Shown here: positions 27,717-38,374 of the stretch, piece by piece
How the letters are laid out: every line of letters starts with the position of its first letter
Numbering within the stretch: position 1 is the first letter of the stretch
DNA from: Minisyncoccota bacterium
GTDB lineage: Bacteria > Patescibacteriota > Minisyncoccia > Minisyncoccales > JAQTVQ01
Assembly (NCBI GenBank): GCA_028706715.1
Contig: JAQTVQ010000002.1
Location: 3,510 to 67,509, forward strand
DNA length: 64,000 nt
Direction of reading: 5' to 3'
Program-made: the position numbers and the translations under genes
Notes under the pieces: generated by a model
What the model was told of the DNA's origin: nothing
The model's database searches: none
What the model saw: only the letters and a program-made list of their open reading frames with translations

Positions 27717-29246
27717 GTGCCTGTTAAAATTTTTTCAGCCGCCATAAACGGCCTAGAAGCGCAAATTATTGAAGCGGAGATAGAGGCTTCTTACGGTTTG
27801 CGCTCTTTTAATATAGTAGGGCTGGCCGACAAAACAATCCAGGAATCAAGAGAAAGAATCGGATCCGCCATTAAAAGCTCCGGATTGAAAAGCCCTCTTT
27901 CTCAAGCGGTCAAGCTTTTAGTAAGCCTTGCTCCGGCAGGATTAAAAAAAGAAGGCTCTCTATACGACCTGCCCATAGCTTTAGGATATCTTTTGGCTTC
28001 AAAGCAAGCTTTATTCAAAACTGGCGGGAAAATAATAATAGGAGAGCTTTCTCTCAACGGAACTTTGCGCCCGATCAAAGGAGCGCTTATTATCGCCTCA
28101 AAAGCAAAAGAAAAAGGGTTTGAAGAAATAATCCTTCCTGAATCTAACGCCAAAGAAGCCTCTTTAATAAAAGGAATAAAAACCGTCGGAGTAAAAAGCT
28201 TAAAAGACGCCTTGGCTTATTTGGAAAACCGGCTGAAAATTTCTCCCGCTTCCAATGAGCGCGAAACGGCTGAAATCCGGCCGCCAGACAACTTTGAGGT
28301 AAATATGGATTGGATACAAGGGCAGGAGCTCGCTAAAAGAGCCTTAGAGATAGCGGCTTCAGGCGGACATAATATTTTGATGGAAGGGCCTCCGGGAACG
28401 GGAAAGACGCTTTTAGCCAAAGCCATGGCCTCTATTCTCCCTCCTCTTTCCTTTGAGGAATCATTGGAAGTTACTAAAATTTACAGCGCCAGCGGCCTTC
28501 TCCCTGAAAACAGCTTTATATTAAAAAACCGGCCTTTCCGCTCTCCTCACCATACTGCTTCAGGAGCTTCTTTAATCGGAGGAGGGAATCCTTTGTCCGC
28601 CGGAGAAATAACCTTGGCTCATCGCGGCATTTTATTTTTGGACGAATTTCCTGAATTCCATCGGGACGTTTTGGAAAGCCTTCGTCAACCCATGGAAGAA
28701 GGAACAGTTTCCATCTTGCGGTCCAGCGGCCGAGCCTCCCTTCCGGCCCGCTTCACTTTAGTGGCCGCCGCCAACCCCTGTCCTTGCGGAAACTTTGGAG
28801 ACCCTGAAAAAGAATGCTCTTGTCTTCCCGGACAAATTCTAAGATATCGCCGAAAGCTTTGCGGCCCGATAATGGATCGGATAGATTTATTTATCAAAGT
28901 CCCCCAAATAAAATTTGAAAGGCTGACAGCCCAAGAGAACAGGGGACAAAGCGAAAAGATAAAAGAAAAGGTGATTGAAGCCAGAGCCGTCCAAGAAGAA
29001 AGGCTCAAAAATATCCCCAAATCTTTTACAAACAGCGAGATGGCCGGGCCTCAAATAGAAAAATTCTGCAAGATAAGCGACAGCTCAAAGCAAATATTAA
29101 AAAAAGCGGTTGATTCAGGAACCCTTTCAGCCCGAGGCTTTCACAAGATTTTGAAAGTATCCCGCACCATAGCCGATTTGGAAAAATCAGAAGAAATAAA
29201 AAACTCCCACGTAATGGAAGCTTTGATGTACCGAAAGAAAGACTAA
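27717..29246 (+). CDS. comM: ComM/YifB AAA+ ATPase
   Basis: IVGLAD, YDLPIA, GPPGTGKT, RPFRSPHH, LFLDEFPEF, NPCPCG, DRID, SARG. Confidence 0.93.
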   Translation: MPVKIFSAAINGLEAQIIEAEIEASYGLRSFNIVGLADKTIQESRERIGSAIKSSGLKSPLSQAVKLLVSLAPAGLKKEGSLYDLPIALGYLLASKQALFKTGGKIIIGELSLNGTLRPIKGALIIASKAKEKGFEEIILPESNAKEASLIKGIKTVGVKSLKDALAYLENRLKISPASNERETAEIRPPDNFEVNMDWIQGQELAKRALEIAASGGHNILMEGPPGTGKTLLAKAMASILPPLSFEESLEVTKIYSASGLLPENSFILKNRPFRSPHHTASGASLIGGGNPLSAGEITLAHRGILFLDEFPEFHRDVLESLRQPMEEGTVSILRSSGRASLPARFTLVAAANPCPCGNFGDPEKECSCLPGQILRYRRKLCGPIMDRIDLFIKVPQIKFERLTAQENRGQSEKIKEKVIEARAVQEERLKNIPKSFTNSEMAGPQIEKFCKISDSSKQILKKAVDSGTLSARGFHKILKVSRTIADLEKSEEIKNSHVMEALMYRKKD

Positions 29247-29251
29247 AAATT

Positions 29252-30250
29252 CTATTTCTTAAAAGAGAGCAAGGCTCCAAGCCTGTATTTGGCAAGAGGA
29301 TTGGCAGTCCCGCGGACATCAAAATGCAAATGGCATCCGGTTACGCCGATTACTCTGCCCGTATTACCGATATAACCGATGAGCTGGCCCTGGGAAACGG
29401 TTTCGCCGGCGGAAACCAAGACTTTGGACAAATGGGCATAAATAGTAACGACCCCGTTGGGATGGAGAATATTGGTATAAATTCCCAAAGGCCACTGGTT
29501 GGCAGATATTTGCACTTTCCCTCCCGCAGAAGCAAAAACGGGAGTGCCGCACTGGTTTGCAATATCAACAGCATTGTAAAAATGAAGCCTTTGGCTGATC
29601 GTTCCCGTTGTCGGGATGATAAAATATCCTTCCGGCAAGACATTCCCGGCGCTTTGAGCCAAGATCGGAGTGCTGGCCGCGGTAGGAGAAGACACTTTCC
29701 CTCCGGGAACGATAATCATATCTCCAATAATCAATTTTGAGCCTTCTTCCATTTGATTAAAGGCTATAATTTGATCTTGCTGGGCTTTGTAAGTTTTAGC
29801 TATTCCAGAAACAGTATCTTTCTCTTTAACAATATGCATTACTCCGGAAACGGGAAGAATAATCAATTTTTGCCCGGCTTTGATAAATGAGCCCTTTTTT
29901 AAATTATTGGCCCAAAGGACAGTTTCCGTGCTGATTTTAAATTTCTCCGCAATTCCCGCTAAAGTGTCTCCTTCTTTTACGGTATATTGGATAATGTCTT
30001 TTTCTTCTTTTTCTGCTTGAGCTTCTTCCCCAAAATCAGATATGCTCGCCAGCGATTGAGGCTTCACAAAAACGGGAGAGGGCACTCCTTTGAGAATAGA
30101 CCTCTCTAGAATAGTTAAATTTTGGACAGAGTCAACTGTATTTTGAGCATTTAAGAGGACGCAAGAAGCCGATTTTTCTTCTCCGCCGCTTTCCGCGCAA
30201 TGATTCTTATTGTCGGCCGCTGCCAAGCTGAAAACGGCCAAAATCCCCAA
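29252..30250 (-). CDS. LysM + M23 peptidase (start may lie upstream; frame open to ~30343)
   Basis: Two LysM repeats (YTVKEGDTL, HIVKEKDTV); HFYNAVD, YAHL, GCHLHF. Confidence 0.9.
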   Translation of the reverse strand: MGILAVFSLAAADNKNHCAESGGEEKSASCVLLNAQNTVDSVQNLTILERSILKGVPSPVFVKPQSLASISDFGEEAQAEKEEKDIIQYTVKEGDTLAGIAEKFKISTETVLWANNLKKGSFIKAGQKLIILPVSGVMHIVKEKDTVSGIAKTYKAQQDQIIAFNQMEEGSKLIIGDMIIVPGGKVSSPTAASTPILAQSAGNVLPEGYFIIPTTGTISQRLHFYNAVDIANQCGTPVFASAGGKVQISANQWPLGIYTNILHPNGVVTIYAHLSKVLVSAGETVSQGQLIGYIGNTGRVIGVTGCHLHFDVRGTANPLAKYRLGALLSFKK

Positions 30251-30371
30251 AAAACAAAAAAGAAGGCTTCTTTTGCTTATGCCGTCTTTCGTTCCTCTTA
30301 AAATCAGACTCTTTAATAAAAATTGGATATATTTAGAAATACGCTATATAATTTAATAGTTTCAACTTCAA

Positions 30372-31211
30372 ATGTCAAGCCAATTATCCACAATTAAACA
30401 AACCAAGGATCTTTTGGAAAAATACGGCCTAAGCCCCAAAAAAAGCTTCGGGCAGAATTTCTTGGTAAGAAAAGAAGAAGTTAAAAACCTGATTAATGCC
30501 GGAGAAATAAAAAAAACCGACATTGTTTTGGAAATCGGTCCGGGCATCGGAATTTTGACCAAAGAGCTGGCTAAATCAGCCCGAAAAGTAATTGCCGTAG
30601 AGAAAGATTTCCAAATGGCTAAAATCCTTGAAGAAGAGCTTTCCCTCTTGAAGATCGGCAATGTAGAAATAGTCCGAAAAGATATTTTGGATTACTTGAA
30701 AGAAGACGGTTTAAAGCTAAAAGAATATAAAGCGGCGGGAAATATTCCTTTTTACCTGACGGCTCATTTGATCAGGCTTCTTTTAGAATCTCCCAATCCT
30801 CCAAAAAATATGGCTTTCGTCCTGCAAAAAGAAGTGGGACAGCGCATTGCCAGCCTTCCGCCAAAAATGAGCCTTCTTTCGGCTTCGGTCCAATTTTACG
30901 CCAGCCCCCGATTGTGCGGATATATTAAAAAATCTTCCTTTTGGCCCTCCCCAGCGGTTGATGCGGCAATTATTAAAATCTCCCCGAAGCCCCTTGATCC
31001 AAATGTAAATCGCGATCTTTTTTTTAAAATTTTAAAAGCCGGCTTTTCCCAGCCGCGGAAGCAAATCGCCAACAACTTATCAATTTCTTTAAAAGCTGAT
31101 AAAATAGAAATCAATAACTGGCTTTTAAAAAATAACATCCAGCCTTCCCAAAGAGCAGAAACATTATCAATAGGGGATTGGATAAATTTAACAAAAACTT
31201 TCAATGATTAA
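30372..31211 (+). CDS. rsmA: 16S rRNA dimethyltransferase
   Basis: KKSFGQNFL, VLEIGPGIG, GNIPFY, QKEV, RAETLS. Confidence 0.95.
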   Translation: MSSQLSTIKQTKDLLEKYGLSPKKSFGQNFLVRKEEVKNLINAGEIKKTDIVLEIGPGIGILTKELAKSARKVIAVEKDFQMAKILEEELSLLKIGNVEIVRKDILDYLKEDGLKLKEYKAAGNIPFYLTAHLIRLLLESPNPPKNMAFVLQKEVGQRIASLPPKMSLLSASVQFYASPRLCGYIKKSSFWPSPAVDAAIIKISPKPLDPNVNRDLFFKILKAGFSQPRKQIANNLSISLKADKIEINNWLLKNNIQPSQRAETLSIGDWINLTKTFND

Positions 31212-33381
31212 AAAAACGGACAAGATTCTCTTTTTCTCTGCCGTTGTTTTTATCTCTTTGTTTTTTTCCGCTTCTTTTTGCTCGGCGGCTTTTGATTTGG
31301 CCACTCCCATAATTATCGGTTTTTTGCAAATTGCCTGCCAAATTGTCCTTTTTTTGACTTCAGGGATTTTAGGCCTGGCTGGAGGCTTTTTAGAAATAAT
31401 GGCCAGCCCGCAGTTTATCGCCGCCAAATTCACCAGCAACGAATTTGTGGCGCTGGGAACGAATATCACGCTAGGGTTTGCCAATATCGTCATCCTTTTG
31501 TCTCTTTTGGCCATAGGAATCGGCACGGCTTTAAGGCTGGACAAGTTTGACGCCAGGAAAAATTTTTCCAGTTTATTGATCGTTATTTTCTTGATTAATT
31601 TTTTTGCTCCTCTTTTTTGCGGATTGATTATAGACGCTTCCAATATTGTAATGAATTTTTTTATCGGTAGCGGATTTTCAGCTTCCAAGGTTCTTTCAAA
31701 CGCCTTGGCCGCCCAAGGAAATAATCTAGCATCTCACGCCAACGGACTTGCCACGATAGTTGAGCTTTTGAATCTAAAATTTCTGATGCAGACTGTCATT
31801 ATGATTGTTTTTAACCTCTCTTTAGCTATTGTCCTCTTTCTTTTCGGCCTTCTTTTCGTTATGAGATACGCCGCGCTTTGGACACTGGTCATCCTTTCTC
31901 CTTTGGCTTTTTCTTGTTATATCCTCCCTTCCACTAGAAAGATATTCAACACTTGGATGAATCAATTCGTCAACTGGTGTTTTGTGGGAGCTATTGCTTC
32001 TTTCTTTCTTTATTTGGGCCAGCAATTAATAGGCCTTATCTCTCAAGGAAACTTGGTGCTGGTTCCTCCCGGCCAAAGCTCAAACTGGTATGGGATGGAG
32101 AGCGTAATGCCATACATAGTGGCAATTATCTTCTTATTCATAGGCTTCTTCTTCTCTCTAAGCTCAAGCGCCATGGGCTCGGGAGCCGTAATCGGATACG
32201 CGCAGGGACAAACTAAAAAACTCGGTAATTGGGGCGCGAGAAGATTTATCAAAGCTCCCGCTAAAGAAGGAGGAAAGGATGCGGTAAGATCAAGGGCGAC
32301 AGAAAAAGTCGCGAAAGGAATTTCCTCTCTCGGCTCAAGCCTTTCTCCTTCTTGGGGAGAAGGAGAAAAAGGAGTCAGCGGCTGGGCGAAAAGACAAGCC
32401 GCAAAAGGCTTGGGCGTTCCGGGAAGAGCTCTCGGAGGAGCGGGAGCGGCCTTGTCTATGGAAAGAGACAAGCAGATAGGAGAGATAACCAAAAAAGCCG
32501 AAGAGATGAAAACCAAAGAGCTGAAAGGAGCTTTAAAGGGAGGCTCTCTCGGAGAAAAAGGATCTTTAAAAAACGGCTTGATCGTGGCGTCTTTCCTTAC
32601 GGATAAAGACGAAGGAAAGAACAAAGAAGCAAGAGAGAAAATAAAAGTTATGAACAAGGGAGAGATTGAAGCTATGGTTAGGGCTCTTTTGAAAGAAGGA
32701 AAGAACAAAGAGGCTGACGCAATGGGAAGAATATCTCTTCTTATGAAAAAGACTAAAGATTTAAAAGAAATAGGATTTAAGGAATTAAGCCCCGAAGAAA
32801 GAGAAAAAAACAAAGAATGGAAAAATAAATGGAGCGGCCATGCCGACAGACTGATAGACACCGCCGACATTGATACTATTAAAAAATACGGCGGAGACAT
32901 TTCAGAGTCCGAAGAGATGATGGCCTCCGCCGCCAGGCTCTGGGGACAGGGGAAAGTTAAGGCTGCAGCGGAACAATTTGAAGACAAATTTATTAAAAAA
33001 TACTGCGAAGCGGCAGACAACATAGGCTTTAAAGAAATGCTGAAAGAAAATCCCGGAGCCGTAATGTTCAGGATAAGCAGCGCCGCGCAGGATGCCGGAT
33101 TTACCCCTCCTGTCAACAATGAAGGAAAATTGATTATGAAAAAAGAAGAAGTGCAAGCGATAAGAAGAGAGATCAAAACTCAAACAGGCTCTTTTGGATT
33201 GGCCGGACCGCACGGCGAGCCGATCAGCCAATTTAAAAAATTTCAAAGCTCGTTAAAAGACGCACAGAGAGACTTGGAAAAAGAAGTAAAAAAAACGGAA
33301 GAAAAAAAAGAAAGACGGAATCCTCCAAGAGGGACGGAAACCGGACCGAAAAGAAGCGACAAGCGGCCTCCGGGGACATAA
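31204..33381 (+). CDS. VirB6/TrbL-like polytopic membrane protein with long cytoplasmic tail
   Basis: Many TM helices, LINF, IDASN, RYAALWTLVILSPLAF-x3-ILP; Gly-rich then charged tail; near prgI/virB4. Confidence 0.7.
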   Translation: MIKKTDKILFFSAVVFISLFFSASFCSAAFDLATPIIIGFLQIACQIVLFLTSGILGLAGGFLEIMASPQFIAAKFTSNEFVALGTNITLGFANIVILLSLLAIGIGTALRLDKFDARKNFSSLLIVIFLINFFAPLFCGLIIDASNIVMNFFIGSGFSASKVLSNALAAQGNNLASHANGLATIVELLNLKFLMQTVIMIVFNLSLAIVLFLFGLLFVMRYAALWTLVILSPLAFSCYILPSTRKIFNTWMNQFVNWCFVGAIASFFLYLGQQLIGLISQGNLVLVPPGQSSNWYGMESVMPYIVAIIFLFIGFFFSLSSSAMGSGAVIGYAQGQTKKLGNWGARRFIKAPAKEGGKDAVRSRATEKVAKGISSLGSSLSPSWGEGEKGVSGWAKRQAAKGLGVPGRALGGAGAALSMERDKQIGEITKKAEEMKTKELKGALKGGSLGEKGSLKNGLIVASFLTDKDEGKNKEAREKIKVMNKGEIEAMVRALLKEGKNKEADAMGRISLLMKKTKDLKEIGFKELSPEEREKNKEWKNKWSGHADRLIDTADIDTIKKYGGDISESEEMMASAARLWGQGKVKAAAEQFEDKFIKKYCEAADNIGFKEMLKENPGAVMFRISSAAQDAGFTPPVNNEGKLIMKKEEVQAIRREIKTQTGSFGLAGPHGEPISQFKKFQSSLKDAQRDLEKEVKKTEEKKERRNPPRGTETGPKRSDKRPPGT

Positions 33382-33412
33382 AAAAAGAAACTGAAAATTC
33401 AGTTTCTTTTTT
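33381..33412. terminator. Bidirectional intrinsic terminator
   Basis: AAAAAAGAAACTGAA-AA-TTCAGTTTCTTTTTT between convergent genes. Confidence 0.75.
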
Positions 33413-33415
33413 GTT

Positions 33416-34384
33416 TTATTTGCTCTTTTTCTTTTCTGAAGCTGAAGACACCACTCTTTCAACCATTTGAGACAATCCCGGAACGACCGTCAAGCTGGCA
33501 GAAAGAGGACTTTTTTCCGCGGCCTCAAACATTCGGATAAACTTTCCGTCCTCTCCATGTTTCAGTATTGTATCATACACCTTCTCAATTCTTCCTGCTT
33601 CGGCTTCGGCCAATGCGGAAATGCCGGCGGCTTCATGTTCTTTGGTTCTTTTCGTTAATGTCACTTCCCGATATGAAGCCGGGGGATCAATTTCCTTTGA
33701 TTGCAGAGACTTGACGTCTACCCCATACTCCTTAAACTGCTCAAAAAATTTGCGCTGGGATAAAATTTCCATAAAGGTTTTGTCCAGCTCAAATTTTTTT
33801 TGATCATTTTCTCCTACCATCTCTTCATAGGAATATTCTCCTATGATGTCTTTAATCGCCGGGCCGGCTTTTACGATCGTTAATTCTAGGGAATTTTCTG
33901 CATTAAAGAGCCATTTGTAAACGTTTGACGGAGCGGCAGTCATTATCATTGTAAAATCCAAGGGGACTGAATTTTTATCTTCAGCCTCTTGGATCTTGAA
34001 AGCATAATAGTCGTCTTCAAGAAGGACATAGTCTTGCCATCTTTCTTCGTGAATTTCTATGTTCCCTTCATTGTCCAAAGTAGCCCATCTGAATTTATGG
34101 GCATATATTTTATCAAACGGATAAAATCCTACCCATCGCAAGCCTCCGAAGAAATCCCAAAAGCTTCTTTGTTCTCCTTCTACAACATTCCACTCCAAAT
34201 CAAAAGTTCTTCCTCTCCATGACATCAAGCACTTCTTAAACTTTTTTCCTCTGACGACCACTTTTGCCGTTCCTTCGTCAACAAAGGTAAAACAAATGTT
34301 ATTCGGCGCCAGATAGAACCAAATAAGACAGATAAAGAAAAAAAATATCGCAGCCAATAAGAGCAAAAATATTATTAAATCCAT
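33416..34384 (-). CDS. SPFH/band-7-like membrane protein
   Basis: N-terminal TM, FTFVDEGTAKVVV, YGVDVKS, coiled AEAEA segment. Confidence 0.6.
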   Translation of the reverse strand: MDLIIFLLLLAAIFFFFICLIWFYLAPNNICFTFVDEGTAKVVVRGKKFKKCLMSWRGRTFDLEWNVVEGEQRSFWDFFGGLRWVGFYPFDKIYAHKFRWATLDNEGNIEIHEERWQDYVLLEDDYYAFKIQEAEDKNSVPLDFTMIMTAAPSNVYKWLFNAENSLELTIVKAGPAIKDIIGEYSYEEMVGENDQKKFELDKTFMEILSQRKFFEQFKEYGVDVKSLQSKEIDPPASYREVTLTKRTKEHEAAGISALAEAEAGRIEKVYDTILKHGEDGKFIRMFEAAEKSPLSASLTVVPGLSQMVERVVSSASEKKKSK

Positions 34385-34489
34385 ATTTTTCTTTTAAAAG
34401 ACCTTTTCAGCCCAGGCATAGCCCTCGGCTGGAAAAATAATCTTTTAAAGATTAATTACAGCCTTGGGTTGTCCAAGCTTTATTTCTTT

Positions 34490-34519
34490 TTTATAAAACA
34501 ATTTTGACATATTGTCAAA
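34490..34519 (-). promoter_or_regulatory. sigma70 promoter TTGACA-17-TATAAA within a palindrome
   Basis: Minus-strand -35 34518-34513, -10 34495-34490; TTTGACA-TAT-TGTCAAA palindrome 34503-34519. Confidence 0.6.
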
Positions 34520-34620
34520 TATTTTTTCCCGAAAAATTTATCGCGTCTTATTGCTTCTCTTTTTAGAACAGGGGAAAAGTTTGCTTTTGCCAAAAATTTT
34601 TTTATGTTAAAATATCTTAT

Positions 34621-35091
34621 ATGTTAAAAGAAATTTCCGAAAAGCAATTTTGGGAAACATACAAATCTCTGCCGGAAGAGCTTCAAGAAGCGATTTTTTC
34701 CGAAAAAACGGCTGAGATAATTTTTAATATATGTACGGATAACGAGATAGAAGACCTTCGTATTTCTAAAATTGCGAAATGCGTAGGAAGGACTCTTCTT
34801 GGCTTTCTCCCTCCGGAACAGCTGCAGCCCACTTTAGAATTGGATTTGGATATTGCTTCCAAGACGGCTGAAAATATCTGCCAAGCCATATACTCTTCAA
34901 TTTTAGAGCCGGTCAGAGCACAATTAACAAAACTGTATCTTACAAGCAATAAGAGAAAGGAATCTTCTTTGGAAGAAGGAGCTTCTTCGTCCGTTAAAAA
35001 ACAAACTGAAAAAAAAGAAGAAATTTCTCCGGCCGGCGGCGCCAAAGAAAAGGAAAAGTCTTTTGATTCTTACCGTGAATCCATAAATTAA
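34621..35091 (+). CDS. Conserved hypothetical protein heading the prgI-virB4 operon
   Basis: LPEELQEAI..., C-terminal DSYRESI; TGnTAAAAT 7 nt upstream of ATG. Confidence 0.7.
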   Translation: MLKEISEKQFWETYKSLPEELQEAIFSEKTAEIIFNICTDNEIEDLRISKIAKCVGRTLLGFLPPEQLQPTLELDLDIASKTAENICQAIYSSILEPVRAQLTKLYLTSNKRKESSLEEGASSSVKKQTEKKEEISPAGGAKEKEKSFDSYRESIN

Positions 35092-35099
35092 ATTTACAA

Positions 35100-35516
35100 A
35101 TGCAATTTCAAGTTCCTCAATTCATTGAAAAAGAAACAGGTTTTTTAGGGCCTCTGACAATTCGGCAAACCGTTATTTTCTCCGTTGCGGCGGGAGCTGT
35201 TCTTTTTGCATGGATATTTTTCGGCAAATCCAATTTTATGATTTTTTTAATGCTTTCCGTCCTCTTTGTCTCCGGAGCCGCAGCTCTTTCTTTTTTAAAA
35301 GTAAACGGCCTTAACCTAACAATCGTCTTAAAAAACTTCCTGTCTTTTTTTTCAGCTTCCAAGCTTTATCTTTGGCAAAGAAAAGAAATCACCGTTTATT
35401 GCGAAAAAAAGGCTTCCGCCCCGTTGAAGAAAGAACCGGAAAAAGAATCTCCTTTAAAAATCAGCGGAGCAAGCAAAATAAAAGACTTAAATAAAAAAAT
35501 AGAATTTGGAGGATAG
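35100..35516 (+). CDS. PrgI-family protein (VirB3-like)
   Basis: MQFQVPQFI...GPLTIRQ, two TM helices, KVNG, YLW. Confidence 0.85.
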   Translation: MQFQVPQFIEKETGFLGPLTIRQTVIFSVAAGAVLFAWIFFGKSNFMIFLMLSVLFVSGAAALSFLKVNGLNLTIVLKNFLSFFSASKLYLWQRKEITVYCEKKASAPLKKEPEKESPLKISGASKIKDLNKKIEFGG

Positions 35517-35519
35517 CTT

Positions 35520-36164
35520 ATGCCAAAATCGTCAACTCAACAATTTTTACCGATAGATCAAATCAGAGAGGGAGTGGCAGTAATGAAAGACAAGTCGCTA
35601 AGGGGAATTTTGCTTGTTTCTTCTTTAAATTTCGCTTTAAAATCAGACGAAGAGCAAACGGCTATAATTTATCAGTTCCAAGATTTTTTAAACTCTTTAG
35701 ACTTTTCCTGCCAAATATTGGCGCAGTCCAGGAAACTTAATATCACCGGGTATCTTGAAAAGCTTAAAGAAATTGAATCAAGGCAAGAAAACGACCTGTT
35801 AAAAACGCAGACCGTTGAATACAGAAAATTTATAGAAAAAATAATCAGCAGCGGATCAATTATGGCTAAAAACTTTTATGTGGTTGTGCCTTATTATCCT
35901 CTGATTGAAATACCGGGAGTGGCCGGAAACGCCGAAAAAAACGCCAAAGCGTCCAAAAAAGACTTAACCGAAGAAAAGTTCCAACGGGGGAAATACCAGC
36001 TTTGGCAAAGAATGGAATATGTCGTTCTAGGATTAAGGCGATGCGGCTTGAGAGCAAGCCCCTTAAGCACTCCCGAGATTATAGAAATTCTTTGGTCTTC
36101 CCATCATCCAAAAGAAGCGGAGTCGGGATACTATCCCGAACTGCCTCCTGAAATGCTGGTTTAA
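35520..36164 (+). CDS. T4SS-associated protein resembling the VirB4/TraC N-terminal region
   Basis: STQQFL, SSLNFALKSxxEQ, FLNSLDF, FYVVVPY; between prgI and virB4. Confidence 0.65.
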   Translation: MPKSSTQQFLPIDQIREGVAVMKDKSLRGILLVSSLNFALKSDEEQTAIIYQFQDFLNSLDFSCQILAQSRKLNITGYLEKLKEIESRQENDLLKTQTVEYRKFIEKIISSGSIMAKNFYVVVPYYPLIEIPGVAGNAEKNAKASKKDLTEEKFQRGKYQLWQRMEYVVLGLRRCGLRASPLSTPEIIEILWSSHHPKEAESGYYPELPPEMLV

Positions 36165-36177
36165 TTTTTACAAAACA

Positions 36178-37947
36178 ATGAACTTTTTTAAAAAAAACCA
36201 ACCGGAAAAACTCTTTGAAGCGGAGCATATGGACGCCAAAGATATAATCGCCCCCGCTTCCATAGAAATAAAACAAAACTCAATCAAGCTCGGCGAAAAA
36301 TTGGCCAAGACTTATTTTGTTTTTTCTTACCCGAGATATCTTACCACCGGATGGCTTTCTCCCATTATTAACTTGGACATACCTTTAGATATTTCTTTCT
36401 TCTTTCATCCCATGGAAACGGCGGACACTTTAAAAAAATTGAGACGAAAAGTTACCGAAATCCAAGTGGAAATAATCAGAAACGAAGAAAAGGGAAGAGT
36501 AAGAGACCCTTCTTTGGAAACAGCCTATAATGATTTGGAAAACTTGCGCGACAGTCTTCAGACCGCGCAAGAAAAAATGTTTAAATTCGGACTCTATATT
36601 ACCGTCTATGCCGACAGCGACTCCCAGCTTAACGATATTGAAACAACATTAAGATCTGTTTTAGAGTCGCGTCTAATATATTTGAAACCCGCCCTTTACC
36701 AGCAGAAAGAAGGCTTTCTTTCCGTTTCGCCTTACGCTATGGACAAGTTACAAGTCCATACAAGCATCAACACAGGGCCGCTATCTTCCGTTTTTCCTTT
36801 TGTTTCTTTTGACCTTAGCTCCAATGAAGGAATCTTATACGGGATGAACAAACACAACAGTTCTTTGGTCCTTTTTGACCGTTTTACTTTGGAGAACGCC
36901 AATATGGTAATTTTCGCCAAGTCCGGCTCCGGAAAATCTTATGCGGTCAAGCTTGAGATTTTAAGATCTCTAATGATGGGAGTGGAAGGCATTATTGTTG
37001 ATCCGGAAAACGAATATGAAATGCTGGCCGATGCCGTCGGAGGATCATTCTTCAAAATCTCTTTAAGCTCGGACAGCCACATCAACCCTTTTGATCTTCC
37101 CGTTCCCAGGGAAGATGAAGATCCCGAAGACGTTTTAAGGTCAAATATCATCAATTTGGTGGGATTGGTCAGGCTGATGCTTGGAGGATTAAATCCTGAA
37201 GAAGACGCAATCATTGATCGCGCCTTGGCCGAAACTTATGCCGCCAAAGATATCACTCCCGACTCCGATCCAAGCACATGGAAGGAAAAAACTCCCATTA
37301 TGTCGGATTTGGAATCGGTTTTGGAAACCATGGAAGGGGCAGATTCTCTTGTCCAAAGAATAAGAAAGTTCACTCAAGGAACTTTTGCCTCTTTTTTCAA
37401 CCAGCAATCAAACATTTCCATGGACAAATCTTTGGTCGTTTTCGGCATCAGAGACATGGAAGACGAATTAAGGCCGATGGCAATGTTTATTATTATGCGA
37501 TACATTTGGAATGAAATCAGGGCGGAGCTGAAAAAAAGGCTGCTGGTAATAGACGAAGCATGGTGGCTGATGCAGTCCGAAGACGGAGCTTCTTTTCTGT
37601 ACGGGATAGCAAAACGCGCGCGCAAATATTGGCTGGGAGTAACAACCATTACGCAGGACGTCTCCGATTTTATGAAATCTTCCTACGGCAAACCGATTAT
37701 TACCAACTCTTCTCTCCAAATACTCCTTAAGCAAAGCCCTGCCACCGTTGATATCCTGCAGCAAACATTCAACCTTACGGATCAAGAAAAATTCCTGCTT
37801 TTGGAGACGCCGGTGGGAGAGGGAATCTTTTTTGCCGGAATGAAGCATGTTTCCATTAAAATAGTCGCTTCTTATACTGAAGATCAAATCATCACTTCCA
37901 GTCCCGAACAGATATTAAAGATAAAAGAGGCTAAAAACAATCTTTAG
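36178..37947 (+). CDS. VirB4/TraC-like ATPase
   Basis: AKSGSGKS Walker A, DPENEY, INPFD, IDEAW Walker B, RARKY, TITQ. Confidence 0.92.
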   Translation: MNFFKKNQPEKLFEAEHMDAKDIIAPASIEIKQNSIKLGEKLAKTYFVFSYPRYLTTGWLSPIINLDIPLDISFFFHPMETADTLKKLRRKVTEIQVEIIRNEEKGRVRDPSLETAYNDLENLRDSLQTAQEKMFKFGLYITVYADSDSQLNDIETTLRSVLESRLIYLKPALYQQKEGFLSVSPYAMDKLQVHTSINTGPLSSVFPFVSFDLSSNEGILYGMNKHNSSLVLFDRFTLENANMVIFAKSGSGKSYAVKLEILRSLMMGVEGIIVDPENEYEMLADAVGGSFFKISLSSDSHINPFDLPVPREDEDPEDVLRSNIINLVGLVRLMLGGLNPEEDAIIDRALAETYAAKDITPDSDPSTWKEKTPIMSDLESVLETMEGADSLVQRIRKFTQGTFASFFNQQSNISMDKSLVVFGIRDMEDELRPMAMFIIMRYIWNEIRAELKKRLLVIDEAWWLMQSEDGASFLYGIAKRARKYWLGVTTITQDVSDFMKSSYGKPIITNSSLQILLKQSPATVDILQQTFNLTDQEKFLLLETPVGEGIFFAGMKHVSIKIVASYTEDQIITSSPEQILKIKEAKNNL

Positions 37948-37960
37948 TTTTTATTAAAAA

Positions 37961-38371
37961 ATGGCAGAAGAAATTAAAACAGAAGCGGAAGAAGGAAGCA
38001 AAGGAAATTTTCTAGCTTTTACGACTCCCGAAGGAATGGTAATGATGACTTCCGCGGTGATGGTGGATGTTTCGGGATTCTTTGGGTTTCCTTGGCTTTT
38101 TATTCCGGATCTATTTTTCGGATTTTGGCTGATGATGAGAGGAAGCGTAAAGTCTGCAGAGAATGGGCAAGAGCCAGTAAAAAAGCAAGAGAGAGGACAA
38201 GAGAAAAATAAAAAGCCTTCCGCTCCGCCGAAAGCGGGGAAAAGAGCAAAAAAAGTCAGACGGATTAAGTGGCTTAGGGTAGTTGTTTTTATCGGAGAGC
38301 TGATTCCCGTTATTAACATTTTGCCTCTTTGGATCATCCTTGTTTTTTCAGAATTGTTTTATAACAGCTAA
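37961..38371 (+). CDS. Small membrane protein of the T4SS locus
   Basis: TM segments, ELIPVINILP motif. Confidence 0.6.
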   Translation: MAEEIKTEAEEGSKGNFLAFTTPEGMVMMTSAVMVDVSGFFGFPWLFIPDLFFGFWLMMRGSVKSAENGQEPVKKQERGQEKNKKPSAPPKAGKRAKKVRRIKWLRVVVFIGELIPVINILPLWIILVFSELFYNS

Positions 38372-38374
38372 AAA

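Noticed and set aside
32043-33176. 377-aa minus-strand ORF
   Set aside because: Antisense shadow of the VirB6-like gene; S/F/L/P-rich with no motifs.
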